This document shows, one piece after another, positions 18,398-28,646 of a stretch of 64,000 bases of DNA. Both the position numbers and the translations under genes were made by a program. The notes under the pieces are model-generated. The model worked only from the letters and a program-made list of their open reading frames with translations, did no database searches and was not told the DNA's origin. Positions within the stretch are counted from its first letter, which is position 1, and each line of letters starts with the position of its first letter. The DNA lies in contig OZ244065.1 in assembly GCA_965215505.1 (NCBI GenBank), positions 4,032,001-4,096,000 on the forward strand. Direction: 5' to 3'. The stretch comes from Capsulimonadaceae bacterium (GTDB lineage Bacteria > Armatimonadota > Armatimonadia > Armatimonadales > Capsulimonadaceae).

Positions 18398-18979
18398 ATG
18401 ATCTCCGACATCATCCTGATCGGCCCGATCGGCGCGGGCAAGAGTACCCTAGCCGCCCTGCTGGCCGGACGGCTGGGCGTGCCGCGCTGTTGCATGGACG
18501 AGGAGCGCTGGCCCTATATGCAGGAGGTGGGGTATGACCCAGCTGTCGCGGACGGGATCAGGAAGCGGGACCGGCACTGGGGGAACGTGTTCGCCTACTG
18601 GAAACAGTTCGAGGCGCACATGGTCGAGCGGCTGCTGGAGGAACACCGGGGCTGCGTCATTGACTTCGGGGCGAGCCAGTCTGTCTACGAGGACGAGGCC
18701 GACTTCGTCCGCGTCCAGGCGGCGCTGGCTGACTACGCGAATGTCGTACTCGTCCTGCCCTCCCAGGACCCCGCCGAGTCGCTGCGCGTCCTGAAAGAGC
18801 GGGTTTGGGACGGTGTGGCGGGCGGCTTCGACTTTCAGGAGCACTTCGTCAACCACCCGTCCAACCGTCGTTTGGCGACGCTGACCGTCTACACCGAGGG
18901 CAAGACGCCCGCCGAGACGTGCGACGAAATCTTGCGCCGCCTGCCGCTTCCGTTCGGCACCGAGGAAACAATCCCATGA
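18398..18979 (+). CDS. Shikimate-kinase-like P-loop kinase
   Basis: IILIGPIGAGKST Walker A; VIDFGA; TEGKTPAET. Confidence 0.7.
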   Translation: MISDIILIGPIGAGKSTLAALLAGRLGVPRCCMDEERWPYMQEVGYDPAVADGIRKRDRHWGNVFAYWKQFEAHMVERLLEEHRGCVIDFGASQSVYEDEADFVRVQAALADYANVVLVLPSQDPAESLRVLKERVWDGVAGGFDFQEHFVNHPSNRRLATLTVYTEGKTPAETCDEILRRLPLPFGTEETIP

Positions 18980-19221
18980 CCATCCCCATCGAGTTTGACG
19001 ACCGCTTGACCGAGCTGGCGGGCGGCGCGGGCGGCCTCTCCGTCAGCGCGACGAGCGTTCACGGCGCGCTCATCCAGGTCGCCAAGGCGCACCCCAAGTT
19101 CCGGATGTTCAACTGCGACGGCGAGCTGCGCTCCATCCTGCGCGTCCACCGCAACGGGACCCCGGCCGCCATCGGCGATGCGCTGGCCGAGGGCGATGCG
19201 CTGCGGCTGTCGCTGGGATGA
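18976..19221 (+). CDS. MoaD/ThiS-like beta-grasp protein lacking the C-terminal GG
   Basis: MTIPIEF..LTELAGG..SVSATSV..LIQ..HP..GELRSILRVHRNG..LAEGDALRLSLG; ATGA overlaps on both sides. Confidence 0.6.
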   Translation: MTIPIEFDDRLTELAGGAGGLSVSATSVHGALIQVAKAHPKFRMFNCDGELRSILRVHRNGTPAAIGDALAEGDALRLSLG

Positions 19222-19592
19222 ACGAGTTTGGGACAGACGAAGGCAGGGTTTGGCCCCCGCCGCCGGCGCGGGAAGAGCCGGGGACCTGGGAAGAGCCGAC
19301 CGCGCCGCGTCTCACCGACCGCGCCCTCGGGCGGGCGGCACTCGGGCTGTCCGGCCTCGGGTCACTCTGCGCGCTGGCCTGCGCGCTGTCCGGCATGATC
19401 GACCCGCGCGGCCACTGGTTCAGCCTGTGGGAAACGCTCCAGTCCGGTGCCGTGGATGGCGCCTTCGCCGGCCTCTTCACCGGCTTTTTCGGCTGGAACT
19501 CGTGGGAGGGGAAGGTCGGCGTGTGGCTCGCCGTCGCCAGCCCGCTCTGGGTGGTGGCGGCTCTCCTGGTGGCTGCGGCCCACAGGCATTGA
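19218..19592 (+). CDS. Small membrane hypothetical protein
   Basis: VWPPPP N-terminal motif; three hydrophobic segments; coupled start. Confidence 0.55.
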   Translation: MNEFGTDEGRVWPPPPAREEPGTWEEPTAPRLTDRALGRAALGLSGLGSLCALACALSGMIDPRGHWFSLWETLQSGAVDGAFAGLFTGFFGWNSWEGKVGVWLAVASPLWVVAALLVAAAHRH

Positions 19593-19614
19593 CGGCTCCC
19601 TGGCGAGAAGCGCC

Positions 19615-19645
19615 ACCGGCACTGGAAGTGCCGGCCTACTCTTGA
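19615..19645 (-). repeat. GTAG-type REP, second copy of 1411-1441
   Basis: ACCGGCACTGGAAGTGCCGGCCTACTCTTGA; differs from the first copy by one compensatory pair. Confidence 0.7.
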
Positions 19646-19657
19646 CCGGTCCCGACT

Positions 19658-22018
19658 CTACGCCGCTAGGCGCAGGGCCGGGTCCTTCTCTTCGTCCCCA
19701 GCCTCAGAATTCTTCCCGCCCTCCGCTTCCTCTCGCAGCGTTCGCGCCAAGGCATCCACGACGGCGGCGTCGAATTGGGTGCCGGCGCACCGGTGCATCT
19801 CCTCCAATGCCTGGGCGATGGGTCTCCCCCGGCGGTAGGGGCGGTCGGTGGTCATCGCTCCGTAGGCGTCCGCGACGGCCACGATGCGGGCGGCCAGGGG
19901 AATCGCCTCGCCGGCCAGGCCGTCCGGGTAGCCGCCGCCGTCCCATCGCTCGTGGTGGGCGCGGACGGACGGCGCGATGACGCGCAGGGAGGGCATCCGG
20001 CTGACCACGTCCGCGCCGACGACCGGGTGCCGGCGCATCAGCACCCACTCTTCCTCGGTCAGACGGCCCGGCTTTTGCAGCACGGCGTCGGGGACCGCCA
20101 CCTTGCCCACATCGTGGAGCTGCCCGACCAGGCCGACGATCCGCGCCTCCTGCGTGTCCATGCCCAGGGCCAGGGCCAGGCGGATCGAGAGGGCGGCCAC
20201 CTCGTCCGTGTGCCGGCCCGTGTAGTTGTCGCGGGCCGCCACCAGGGCGGCCAGGCCCGCCACCTCGCCGCGCAGGGCGTTCTCCTCGCGCGAGCCGACC
20301 TGGTCGCCCGCGCCCAGGGCCGACACGGCGGGGTCGGTGATGGAGCGCGCCTGGTTGCGCCCCAGGCGCTTGGCGGCGTACATCGCCCGGTCCGCAGCCT
20401 CCACCATCTCGGAGCGGTCCTCGGCGTCGTCGGGGAAAACGGCCACCCCCAGGGAGCAGGTCAGCCGGCCTCCCCCGCCCGCCCGGAAGCCGTAGGAGGC
20501 GACGGCGGTCCGCACGGTTTCGGCCAGGGCCAAAGCCGATGCGCGGTCCGTCTCCGGCAGCAGGGCGACGAACTCCTCGCCGCCCCAGCGCCCCACGGTG
20601 TCCATCCCGCGCAGGCAGCCCGACACGACCGCCCCGAACTCGGCCAGCGCGGCGTCCCCGGCGACATGGCCGCAGCCGTCGTTGAGCGCCTTGAAGTGGT
20701 CAATGTCCAGGAACAGCAGCGCGCAGGGGCGGCCGAAGCGGGCGGACCGCTCCAGCTCACGGTCCACGGCGCTGACGACCGCCCGGTGGTTGGGCAGGCC
20801 GGTGATCGGGTCGGCGGTCGCCAGGGCGGCCAGCTTGTCCGCCGCGCCGGCGATCTGGCGCGTCTCCCGGTAGAGGACCACGCCGACGCCCCCCGCGATG
20901 ACGAAGCCGAGGAGCAGGAGCGTAAAGATCATGCGCGTCTGGCCCTCGTTCAGCCGCGTCTGGAAGCCCCTGAAGTCGGCGGCGTCCGTGTCGGCGACGA
21001 TCACCCAGTCCCAGGGGGCGTAGTAGGCCGCCTGCGCGACCCGCGCGGAGGAAGGCCCGCCGGGCCGCCCCAGGCGGTAGCGGACCGTCGCCGACCCGCC
21101 GGGCACTGCTCCACGCGCCGCCGCCACGATCCGCTGGACGTACAGGCCGCCGTTGGCGTCCTGTTCGTCCCACAAGTCCTGCCCGTCCAGACCGCCGCCG
21201 GGCGAGATGCGGCAGCGCCCGCGCTCCGCCCCCTCACCGCCGAGGATGGTGATCGCCCCGGTCTTGCCGACGCGCGTGTGCTGGATGGCTCGGCGCAGGG
21301 CCGGGGCGCTCTCCTGCCGCCGCCCGGTGAAAAGCGCTCCGATTACCCGGCCGCCTTCGCCCAGGAGCGGCTGATAGTCGGAGACGTACCAGGCGTTGAC
21401 GACGTAAGCGTTACCGTGGTAGGTGCGGCCCGCCAGCACGGTCGCCGCGACCGGGTTCGGCCGGCCGTCGGGGTTGACGGCGGGGATGAAGGTGCCGATC
21501 GCGCGCCGGCCCGCCCGCGTGCGGACGTTCGTGCCGACGCGCAGCAGGTCCCCGCGCGCGTCCATCCGCTGGAAGATCGTGACCGTCGCCCCGCCCATCG
21601 CGCTGACCTCGTCCACGATGGGCGTCGCCCGAGTGAACGTGGCGTTCTGCCCGAGCCAGGTCTTGCCGATCAGCATCTTCGGCAGGACGACGCCCCGCTT
21701 CGCCTGCGTGAACTGGTTGGTCGCCGTCCATGACACGCGCGCGGGCGCGAGGCGCACCGCCCCGTGCTGCGCCAGGACGTGCCGGGCCGTGCGGAGGTCG
21801 TCGTCCACCTGGCGGCTGATGGACTGGTCCTGGGACTGGATCAGGTCGTAGGTGCCGCGCGTGGTCTGGGTCAGGTCTGCCGAAACCAGGCGGTCCACTT
21901 CCTCCCGCGCCCGCGCGTGGAAGACGTTGGTCTGCCAGACGCCCACGGCGGTCAGGGCGGCGGTCGTCAGGAGGGTGCTGCCGAAGCCCATCAGCATCAG
22001 ACGGGTTCGGATCAGCAT
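19658..22018 (-). CDS. Cache-sensor diguanylate cyclase / HD-GYP phosphodiesterase
   Basis: Two TMs around a Cache_3/Cache_2-type region (VTIFQRM, RAIGT, AYVVNAWY, PWDWVI); RGMD I-site; RWGGEEF; LHDVGK; HHERWDGGGYP. Confidence 0.9.
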   Translation of the reverse strand: MLIRTRLMLMGFGSTLLTTAALTAVGVWQTNVFHARAREEVDRLVSADLTQTTRGTYDLIQSQDQSISRQVDDDLRTARHVLAQHGAVRLAPARVSWTATNQFTQAKRGVVLPKMLIGKTWLGQNATFTRATPIVDEVSAMGGATVTIFQRMDARGDLLRVGTNVRTRAGRRAIGTFIPAVNPDGRPNPVAATVLAGRTYHGNAYVVNAWYVSDYQPLLGEGGRVIGALFTGRRQESAPALRRAIQHTRVGKTGAITILGGEGAERGRCRISPGGGLDGQDLWDEQDANGGLYVQRIVAAARGAVPGGSATVRYRLGRPGGPSSARVAQAAYYAPWDWVIVADTDAADFRGFQTRLNEGQTRMIFTLLLLGFVIAGGVGVVLYRETRQIAGAADKLAALATADPITGLPNHRAVVSAVDRELERSARFGRPCALLFLDIDHFKALNDGCGHVAGDAALAEFGAVVSGCLRGMDTVGRWGGEEFVALLPETDRASALALAETVRTAVASYGFRAGGGGRLTCSLGVAVFPDDAEDRSEMVEAADRAMYAAKRLGRNQARSITDPAVSALGAGDQVGSREENALRGEVAGLAALVAARDNYTGRHTDEVAALSIRLALALGMDTQEARIVGLVGQLHDVGKVAVPDAVLQKPGRLTEEEWVLMRRHPVVGADVVSRMPSLRVIAPSVRAHHERWDGGGYPDGLAGEAIPLAARIVAVADAYGAMTTDRPYRRGRPIAQALEEMHRCAGTQFDAAVVDALARTLREEAEGGKNSEAGDEEKDPALRLAA

Positions 22019-22114
22019 GACGGCTTCCGGGTCATAAAGGGACGGGCACGGGTGGGACGGGTGGGGGCGGGCATCGGCGTAGCACTTTCTTTAGCCGGAC
22101 GACTCTCCTTCTGA

Positions 22115-22142
22115 GTATCGGCCTTTCCACCGGTCATCTTCA
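22115..22142 (-). promoter_or_regulatory. Sigma28 (FliA)-like promoter for the GGDEF/HD-GYP gene
   Basis: Minus strand TGAAG-N15-GCCGATAC versus consensus TAAA-N15-GCCGATAA. Confidence 0.55.
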
Positions 22143-22251
22143 GGGCCTATGGAACTGCTCCTGTAAGCGTATGACAAGAGGAGGACGCCGACACCCGATT
22201 ATTCCACACCAGGCCAGCAATTCCATGGGCGGGGACGCTTGATCGCTCCGC

Positions 22252-25005
22252 TCAATCTTTCCCCCCGCTCTGCTGCAAGATCTTCGCGATCAGCCCCGTC
22301 CACCCCGTCTGGTGGGTGGCCCCCAGGCCCGCGCCGGTGTCGCCGTGGAAGTATTCGTAGAACAGGATCAAGTCGCGCCAGTGCGGGTCGTCCGCGAAGA
22401 CGTCCGCCCCGCCGTGGGCCGGGCGGTGTCCGGACTCGCCGGGCACGAACAGCCGCCCGAGCCGGGCGGACAGGTCGGCGGCCACCTCCCACAAGGTCAT
22501 CCAGACCCCGCTGCCGGTCGGGCACTCCACCTTGTAGTCGTCGCCCAAATAGTGGTGGAACTTCTGGAGCGATTCGATGAGCAGATAGTTGACCGGGAAC
22601 CAGACCGGGCCGCGCCAGTTGGAGTTGCCGCCGAAGACCTCCGTCTGCGACTCGGCCGGCTCGTACCCCACCGTGTAGTCGCGGCCCTCGACGGACAGCA
22701 CATAGGGATGGTCCCGGTGCCGGGCGGACAGGGCGCGGATGCCGTAGGGGGACAGGAACTCGGCCTCGTCCAGCATGATCCGCAGGACGCGGCGCAGGCG
22801 GTCGGGGCTGACGATCGCCAGCAGGCGGCGCTGGCCCTTGCCCGGCACAGTCATGGAGGGCAGGTCGGCGGTCAGGTCAGGGCGGTAGTCCACGAACCAG
22901 TCCAGACGCCGCGTGAAGTGGGCCAGCTTGTTCAGGATCTTCGGCTCCAAAGTCTCCACGGCGAACAGGGGGATCAGTCCGACCATCGAGCGGACCTTTA
23001 AAGGCTCCGAGGTGCCGTCGGGCCGCTGCAAGACGTCGTAGTAGAAGCCGTCTTCCTCGTCCCAGAGGTGCGTCCCGCCGTACCCCGTGCTTTGCCCGGT
23101 ATCGTTCATGGCGTAGGCGATGCGGACGAAATGCTCGAAGAACTTGGAGGCGACGTCCTCATAGGCCGGGTTGTCGCGGGCTAACTCTAAGGCGATGGTC
23201 ATCAGGTTCAGGCAGTACATCCCCATCCAGCTCGTCCCGTCTGCCTGCTGGATGTGGCCGCCGGTCGGCAGCGGCGCGCTGCGGTCAAAGACGCCGATGT
23301 TGTCCAGGCCCAGGAAGCCGCCCTGGAAGACGTTCCGCCCCTCGGCGTCCTTGCGGTTGACCCACCAGGTGAAGTTCATCAGCAGCTTGTGGAAGACGCG
23401 CTCCAGAAACGCCCGGTCCGGCCCGGCCCGCTTTTTCTCGATCTTGTAGACCCGCCAGGCCGCCCAGGCGTGGACGGGCGGGTTGACGTCGCTGAACTCC
23501 CACTCGTAGGCCGGGAGCTGTCCGTTCGGGTGCATGTACCACTCGCGCAGCATCAGGACGAGCTGGTCTTTGGCGAAGTCCGAGTCAACCAGCGCGAGCG
23601 GCAGGCAGTGGAAGGCGAGGTCCCAGGCCGCATACCAGGGGTACTCCCATTTGTCCGGCATGGAAAGCACATCCGCGTTGAACAGGTGCGCCCACTCGCC
23701 GTTGCGCCCCTGCCTCCGGTCGGGAGGCGGCGGCTGGGCTGGGTCGCCGGTCAGCCACTGCTCCTGGACGTAGTGGTAGAACTGCTTGGACCAGAGCAGG
23801 CCCGCGAACGCCTGCCGCATGACGGCCTTGTCGTCGGCGGAAAGATGGGCGGGAATGATTGGGGCGTAGAACTCGTCCGCCTCGGCCCGGCGCTTGGCGA
23901 GGACGGCGTCGAAGTCGGCGAAGGCGACGGCGTTCAGCGGCAGGGGTTCCGAATCGGAGAGCCGCAGGCGGACCGTGGCCGTCTCGCCGGGACCCAGGAC
24001 GAAGGCGTAGTGGGCGGCCACTTTGGTGCCGTCCTCCTCGGGATTGACCGCCTCGCGGCGTCCCCGCACGACGCACTCGCCGATGCCGTCTTTCACATGG
24101 GGCGTGGGGTTCGGGCTGCCGTAGAGCCGCTCGGCATTCGTCTCGTTCTCGGTGAACAGGAGGGGCGGCAGGCCCTCGCAGGTCAGCCAGCGCGGCCCGT
24201 AGTAGGGGTGGACGGCCTCCACCTGGGCGGCATAGTGCCCGTCCGCGACCCAATCTGCCGGGTCGGCCAGGGGGTCCGTCTGCATCCGCTGGCGGGTGGC
24301 GCGGGCCAGCCGGGGGCGCGGGCTCTCGTACCCCCAGGCCCAGGTGTTGCGGAACCAGAGCGTCGGCAGGATGTGCAGCGGGGCCGCCTCGGGCCCACGG
24401 TTGACGGCGGTGATCTGGATGCAGACGTCGTCCTGCCCGGCCTTGGCGTACTCGACGAACACGTCGAAGTACCGCCCTCCGTCGAAGACGCCGGTGTCCA
24501 GGATCTCGAACTCGCCCGCCGCCCGCCCGCGCTCCTTGTTCTCCCGGACGAGCTGCTCATAGGGGAAGGCCGCCTGCGGGTACTTGTACAGGAACTTCAT
24601 GTAGGAGTGCGTCGGGGTGCTGTCCAGGTAGAAATACTGCTCCTTGACGTCCTCGCCGTGGTTGCCCTCGGACCCGGACAGCCCGAACAGCCGCTCCTTC
24701 AGGATCGCGTCCTGGCCGTTCCACAGGGCGAGGGCGAAGCAGACCAGTTGGTGCCGGTCGGAGATTCCGGCCAGCCCGTCCTCGTCCCATCGGTAGGCCT
24801 TGGACCGGGCGGCGTCGTGGGGCAGATAGTCCCAGGCGGACCCGTCCGGCGAGTAGTCCTCGCGGACGGTCCCCCACGACCTCTCGCTGAGGTAGGGACC
24901 CCACCGCTTCCAGTGGGCCGTCCGCCGGCGCGACTCGTCCAGCCGCTTCTGCTCCTCCGTCCTCTCCTCGGCCCTCTTGTCTTCGCCCTTTTTTTCTTCC
25001 GCCAA
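22252..25005 (-). CDS. GH63-like glucosidase (MGH1-like)
   Basis: [67 protein letters not shown] start at 25005 is a best guess. Confidence 0.85.
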   Translation of the reverse strand: MAEEKKGEDKRAEERTEEQKRLDESRRRTAHWKRWGPYLSERSWGTVREDYSPDGSAWDYLPHDAARSKAYRWDEDGLAGISDRHQLVCFALALWNGQDAILKERLFGLSGSEGNHGEDVKEQYFYLDSTPTHSYMKFLYKYPQAAFPYEQLVRENKERGRAAGEFEILDTGVFDGGRYFDVFVEYAKAGQDDVCIQITAVNRGPEAAPLHILPTLWFRNTWAWGYESPRPRLARATRQRMQTDPLADPADWVADGHYAAQVEAVHPYYGPRWLTCEGLPPLLFTENETNAERLYGSPNPTPHVKDGIGECVVRGRREAVNPEEDGTKVAAHYAFVLGPGETATVRLRLSDSEPLPLNAVAFADFDAVLAKRRAEADEFYAPIIPAHLSADDKAVMRQAFAGLLWSKQFYHYVQEQWLTGDPAQPPPPDRRQGRNGEWAHLFNADVLSMPDKWEYPWYAAWDLAFHCLPLALVDSDFAKDQLVLMLREWYMHPNGQLPAYEWEFSDVNPPVHAWAAWRVYKIEKKRAGPDRAFLERVFHKLLMNFTWWVNRKDAEGRNVFQGGFLGLDNIGVFDRSAPLPTGGHIQQADGTSWMGMYCLNLMTIALELARDNPAYEDVASKFFEHFVRIAYAMNDTGQSTGYGGTHLWDEEDGFYYDVLQRPDGTSEPLKVRSMVGLIPLFAVETLEPKILNKLAHFTRRLDWFVDYRPDLTADLPSMTVPGKGQRRLLAIVSPDRLRRVLRIMLDEAEFLSPYGIRALSARHRDHPYVLSVEGRDYTVGYEPAESQTEVFGGNSNWRGPVWFPVNYLLIESLQKFHHYLGDDYKVECPTGSGVWMTLWEVAADLSARLGRLFVPGESGHRPAHGGADVFADDPHWRDLILFYEYFHGDTGAGLGATHQTGWTGLIAKILQQSGGKD

Positions 25006-25240
25006 GCGCCCGCCGCCTTTCCGCTCCCGCCAACCCCCCGCAGGCACGTCCTCGTCCGCGCGGCACACTAGGAAGAGTATAGCACAGGGGACGGCGTTGT
25101 GGGTGGGGAAGGGCACCCGCACTGGAAGGCAGACGGCAGAACAAAGGCAGACGGCAGAACGGCCCGCCGCCTCTCACGATAGAGGCAGCGGGCCGATGTT
25201 CCGCCCCCGGACGTGCGCCGGGGCGGTGCCCGTGTGCGGC

Positions 25241-25855
25241 TCAGACGGCGCGCTTTGCCTTGCGGGCGCGCAGCAGCAGGCCGAGCAGGCCGACGCCGCC
25301 CAGGCCCATGCTGGCGACGGAGGACGGCTCGGGCACGGCGGCGGGGGCGGCCGGGACGCCGTTGAACCGGAGGGTGCCGGGTGCGCCGTTGGACTCCGAA
25401 TACTGGACCTCGTAGCTGTAGGTGCCCGCCCCCAGGTTCAGGGTCTTGGGTCCGTTCCCCGACGAGAGGACGGTCGGGCCTTGGACGCTGATCAGGGGCG
25501 TGTTGCTGTAGCCGGGGCCGGTCAGGAAGGAGTAGCTGCCGTCGTCCGAGGCCTGCGTGAACGTGTAACTCCCCGCCTTGTTGAGCGTGAAGCCCCCCTT
25601 GATTTCCAGGCTGAAGGCGTTGCCCGAAAAGTTCGTGCCCGAGTTGAAGTCGGCGATCGTGTCCTGCGTCGTTTTGAAGAAGCCGTCCGCTTCGGTGAAC
25701 GTGGCGAGGGCCTTGCCGGTGAAGGTGATGCTGGAGCCGGTGTCGGTTCCAGGGCCGTACTTGGTGATGGTCATCTGGGCGGAGGCGGCACCGGCCAGCA
25801 GCGCCATCCCTGTCGCGGCGGCGAGGCCGGTCAGGGATTTGAGAGTCAGGGTCAT
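25241..25855 (-). CDS. PEP-CTERM sorting-domain protein with PA14-like domain
   Basis: Signal peptide; YTF...SDDGS; VPEPSS-TM-RARKAKR tail. Confidence 0.85.
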   Translation of the reverse strand: MTLTLKSLTGLAAATGMALLAGAASAQMTITKYGPGTDTGSSITFTGKALATFTEADGFFKTTQDTIADFNSGTNFSGNAFSLEIKGGFTLNKAGSYTFTQASDDGSYSFLTGPGYSNTPLISVQGPTVLSSGNGPKTLNLGAGTYSYEVQYSESNGAPGTLRFNGVPAAPAAVPEPSSVASMGLGGVGLLGLLLRARKAKRAV

Positions 25856-25904
25856 GGTTGTCTTCTTTCTGTCTGTAAAGATTGCGGGTCGCACAACAAA
25901 GTAA

Positions 25905-25920
25905 TGCAACATCCGTGCCA
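25905..25920 (-). promoter_or_regulatory. Sigma54 -24/-12 promoter
   Basis: Minus strand TGGCACGGATGTTGCA matches TGGCAC-N5-TTGCW exactly; AT-rich tract just upstream. Confidence 0.75.
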
Positions 25921-26075
25921 GACGGGCGTCGGGCCATCAGCATAATTACTTGTTTTATGAATATATTTAGGCCGACACCGGGAAGCCGAAGAGGGAGGAA
26001 TGCACGCACATCGCGCCGAACAAGCCCCGCAGCGCCCGCCCGTCACAGGAAAGAGTCACAGGAGACACCCACGCC

Positions 26076-27347
26076 ATGACCTTGCAGCCGGACCCGACGC
26101 CGGGGGACACGTCCTGGTTCACCCAGGCCCGCTTCGGGCTTTTCATCCACTGGGGGCTGTACGCCCTGCCCGCCCGCCACGAGTGGGTCAAGAACCGGGA
26201 GAAGGTCTCGGACGCCGACTACGAGAAGTATTTCAAGCACTTCGACCCCGACCTGTATGACCCGGCCGTGTGGGCGGACGCAGCGGCGAACGCGGGCATG
26301 GGGTACTTCGTGGTCACCACCAAGCACCACGAGGGCTTCTGCCTGTGGGACTCGGCCCTCACCGACTACAAGGCCACGAACACCCCTTACGGTAGGGACC
26401 TCCTGCACCCGATGGTGGATGCGTTCAGGGCGAAGGGGCTGCGCGTCGGCTTTTACCACTCGCTGCTTGACTGGCACCACCCCGACTACCCTATAGACGA
26501 CCTGCACCCGATGCGCGACGACGCCCCCTCCCGCGCCTCAAACGCGGGCCGTGACCTGGCCCGCTATGTGGACTATCTGCACGGGCAGTCGCGCGAGCTG
26601 CTGACGCAGTTCGGCAAAGTGGATATCCTGTGGTATGATTTCTCCTACGGAGGCATGGGGAAGGAGCAGTGGCGGAGCGAGGAGCTGATCGCGGAGATAC
26701 GGCGGATGCAGCCGGACGTCGTCCTGAACGACCGCCTGCAAGTGGGCTGGGACATCAAGACCCCCGAGCAGTACCAGCCGCGCGAATGGGTGCGGGTGGA
26801 CGACAAGCCGGTGGTCTGGGAGGCCTGCCAGACCTTCAGCGGGTCCTGGGGCTATGCGCGCGATGAGGAGTCGTGGAAGAGCGTGGACACCCTCGTCCAG
26901 ATGCTCATTGACAGCGTTTCCAAGGGCGGAAACCTGCTCCTGAACGTCGGCCCGACGGGCCGGGGCGAGTTCGACGCCCGCGCCCTGGACCGGCTGGCGG
27001 GCATGGGCGAGTGGATGAAGCGCCATTCCCGGTCCATCAAGGGCTGCACGCAGGCCCCGGACGAGTTCAAGACGCCCCAGGACTGCCGCCTGACCTACAA
27101 CCCGCAGACGAACCGCCTGTACGTCCACCTGTTCGCCTGGCCCTTCGGCGAAATCCAGGTAGAAGGTCTGGCGGGCCGGGTCGCCTACGCCCAGCTATTA
27201 AACGACGCCTCCGAAATCCTGATGGGCCAGGACGAGTGGGGGGCGGGCCAGCCCGGCGGCGGGGCGGGGGCGGGCGCGCTGGTCCTGCGCCTGCCGGTCA
27301 AGAAGCCGCCCGTGACGGTGCCGGTGATCGAGCTGTTCCTGAAGTGA
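26076..27347 (+). CDS. Alpha-L-fucosidase (GH29)
   Basis: RFGLFIHWGLY, TTKHHEGFCLW, LWYD, GGNLLLNVGP. Confidence 0.92.
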   Translation: MTLQPDPTPGDTSWFTQARFGLFIHWGLYALPARHEWVKNREKVSDADYEKYFKHFDPDLYDPAVWADAAANAGMGYFVVTTKHHEGFCLWDSALTDYKATNTPYGRDLLHPMVDAFRAKGLRVGFYHSLLDWHHPDYPIDDLHPMRDDAPSRASNAGRDLARYVDYLHGQSRELLTQFGKVDILWYDFSYGGMGKEQWRSEELIAEIRRMQPDVVLNDRLQVGWDIKTPEQYQPREWVRVDDKPVVWEACQTFSGSWGYARDEESWKSVDTLVQMLIDSVSKGGNLLLNVGPTGRGEFDARALDRLAGMGEWMKRHSRSIKGCTQAPDEFKTPQDCRLTYNPQTNRLYVHLFAWPFGEIQVEGLAGRVAYAQLLNDASEILMGQDEWGAGQPGGGAGAGALVLRLPVKKPPVTVPVIELFLK

Positions 27348-28642
27348 ATGTCGCCGCCGCCCTTGCTTCCGCCATTCCCGCCCTTGCCGCGGCGGGCGTA
27401 GACACACCGCGCCTGGACGCGCAGTTGCTGCTGGCCTGGACACTCAAGGCCAGCCGTGAGGACCTGGCACGGGACCCGGACCGCCTGCTGACGGGCCGCG
27501 AGCGGGTGATCTACGAAAAGGCCGTCTCCCTGCGAACGCTGCGCCGGCCCCTGCCGTATATCACCGGGGAGGCCTGGTTTTACGGGCGTCCCTTCAAGAT
27601 CAACCGGGCCGTCCTGATCCCGCGCCCGGAGACGGAAGACCTGGCGCTCGCGGCGCTGGAAATCTGCCGGAACGAACCCGCGCCCTTATTAGCAGACATC
27701 GGCACCGGCAGCGGGTGCTTGGCCGTGACTTTGGCCCTGGAACACCCCGGCGCGTCGGGCTGGGCCACCGACCTGTCCGCCGACGCCCTGAAGCTGGCCC
27801 GCAAGAACGTCGCCCGCTATGACCTGCAAGGGCGCGTGACCCTGCTCCACGGCGACCTGCTCGGCCCGTTGCCAACGGGCCTGCGCTTTGATGTCATCGT
27901 CAGCAACCCGCCGTATGTGCTTGAAGCCGACCTGCCGGGCCTCCAGCCCGAGGTGCGGGACTACGAGCCGGTCGTCGCCCTCTCCGGCGAGCCGGGCGCG
28001 GCGGGGTCGGACGGGACCGCCCTGCACCGCCGCCTGCTGGCCGAGGCTCCGCCGCATCTGAAACCGGGGGGCCGGCTCCTGATGGAAGTAGGGCAGGGGC
28101 AGTTCGAATCGGTGGCGCAGGCCGCCCGTGATTCTGGGTATGAAGACGTGATGATCCGAAAAGACATGGCGGGCATCGGGCGGATCGTGGGGGGGCGGTG
28201 GCCCCTCGCCCTCGTCGCCGCCATGCTCGCCGCCGGATGCTCGGGCTTGTTGGCCGGATGCTCGGCCCGAGACCCCGTCACCGAGACGCCGGTCTATCAC
28301 ATCGGCACGCCCACCAACCGGTCGTCGGTCAACTCCTGGGAGCTGGACACCGCCCCGCTCAACACCCAGCCGGGCGTCTACGGCGGCAAGCCCGTTCACC
28401 TGAAGGCCATCGCCTCCCAGCGCCGCTTTGAAGTGGATGACCCGGCTGCCAAAGCCGTCCTGAGCGCCCTGAGCGCGGACGGCTCGGTCCCGACACAGTA
28501 CCTCTCGGCCAGCGGCGAGGGCGGCGTGGTGATCCTCATCGGCAGCGTCCCCGACGCGGGGCGCAAGGCGCGCGCCGAGCAGATCGCCCGCGCCGTGCCC
28601 GGCGTGAAGCGGCTGGACAGCCGGCTGATGGTGGTGCCATAA
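27344..28642 (+). CDS. prmC: Release-factor glutamine methyltransferase PrmC, in frame with a lipoprotein-like/BON-domain C-terminus
   Basis: PLPYITG, VLIPRPETE, DIGTGSG, VSNPPY, DMAG..R, then LLAGC and a BON-like tail (GVVILIGSV..AEQIARAVPGVKRLDSRL). GTG start overlaps the fucosidase stop. Confidence 0.8.
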   Translation: MNVAAALASAIPALAAAGVDTPRLDAQLLLAWTLKASREDLARDPDRLLTGRERVIYEKAVSLRTLRRPLPYITGEAWFYGRPFKINRAVLIPRPETEDLALAALEICRNEPAPLLADIGTGSGCLAVTLALEHPGASGWATDLSADALKLARKNVARYDLQGRVTLLHGDLLGPLPTGLRFDVIVSNPPYVLEADLPGLQPEVRDYEPVVALSGEPGAAGSDGTALHRRLLAEAPPHLKPGGRLLMEVGQGQFESVAQAARDSGYEDVMIRKDMAGIGRIVGGRWPLALVAAMLAAGCSGLLAGCSARDPVTETPVYHIGTPTNRSSVNSWELDTAPLNTQPGVYGGKPVHLKAIASQRRFEVDDPAAKAVLSALSADGSVPTQYLSASGEGGVVILIGSVPDAGRKARAEQIARAVPGVKRLDSRLMVVP

Positions 28643-28646
28643 GACT

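Noticed and set aside
18398-18979. Calling this gene aroK and pairing it with the DHQS-like gene as a shikimate pathway
   Set aside because: The typical shikimate-binding GGG motif is absent (DFGAS), and the two genes are 31 kb apart in unrelated contexts.
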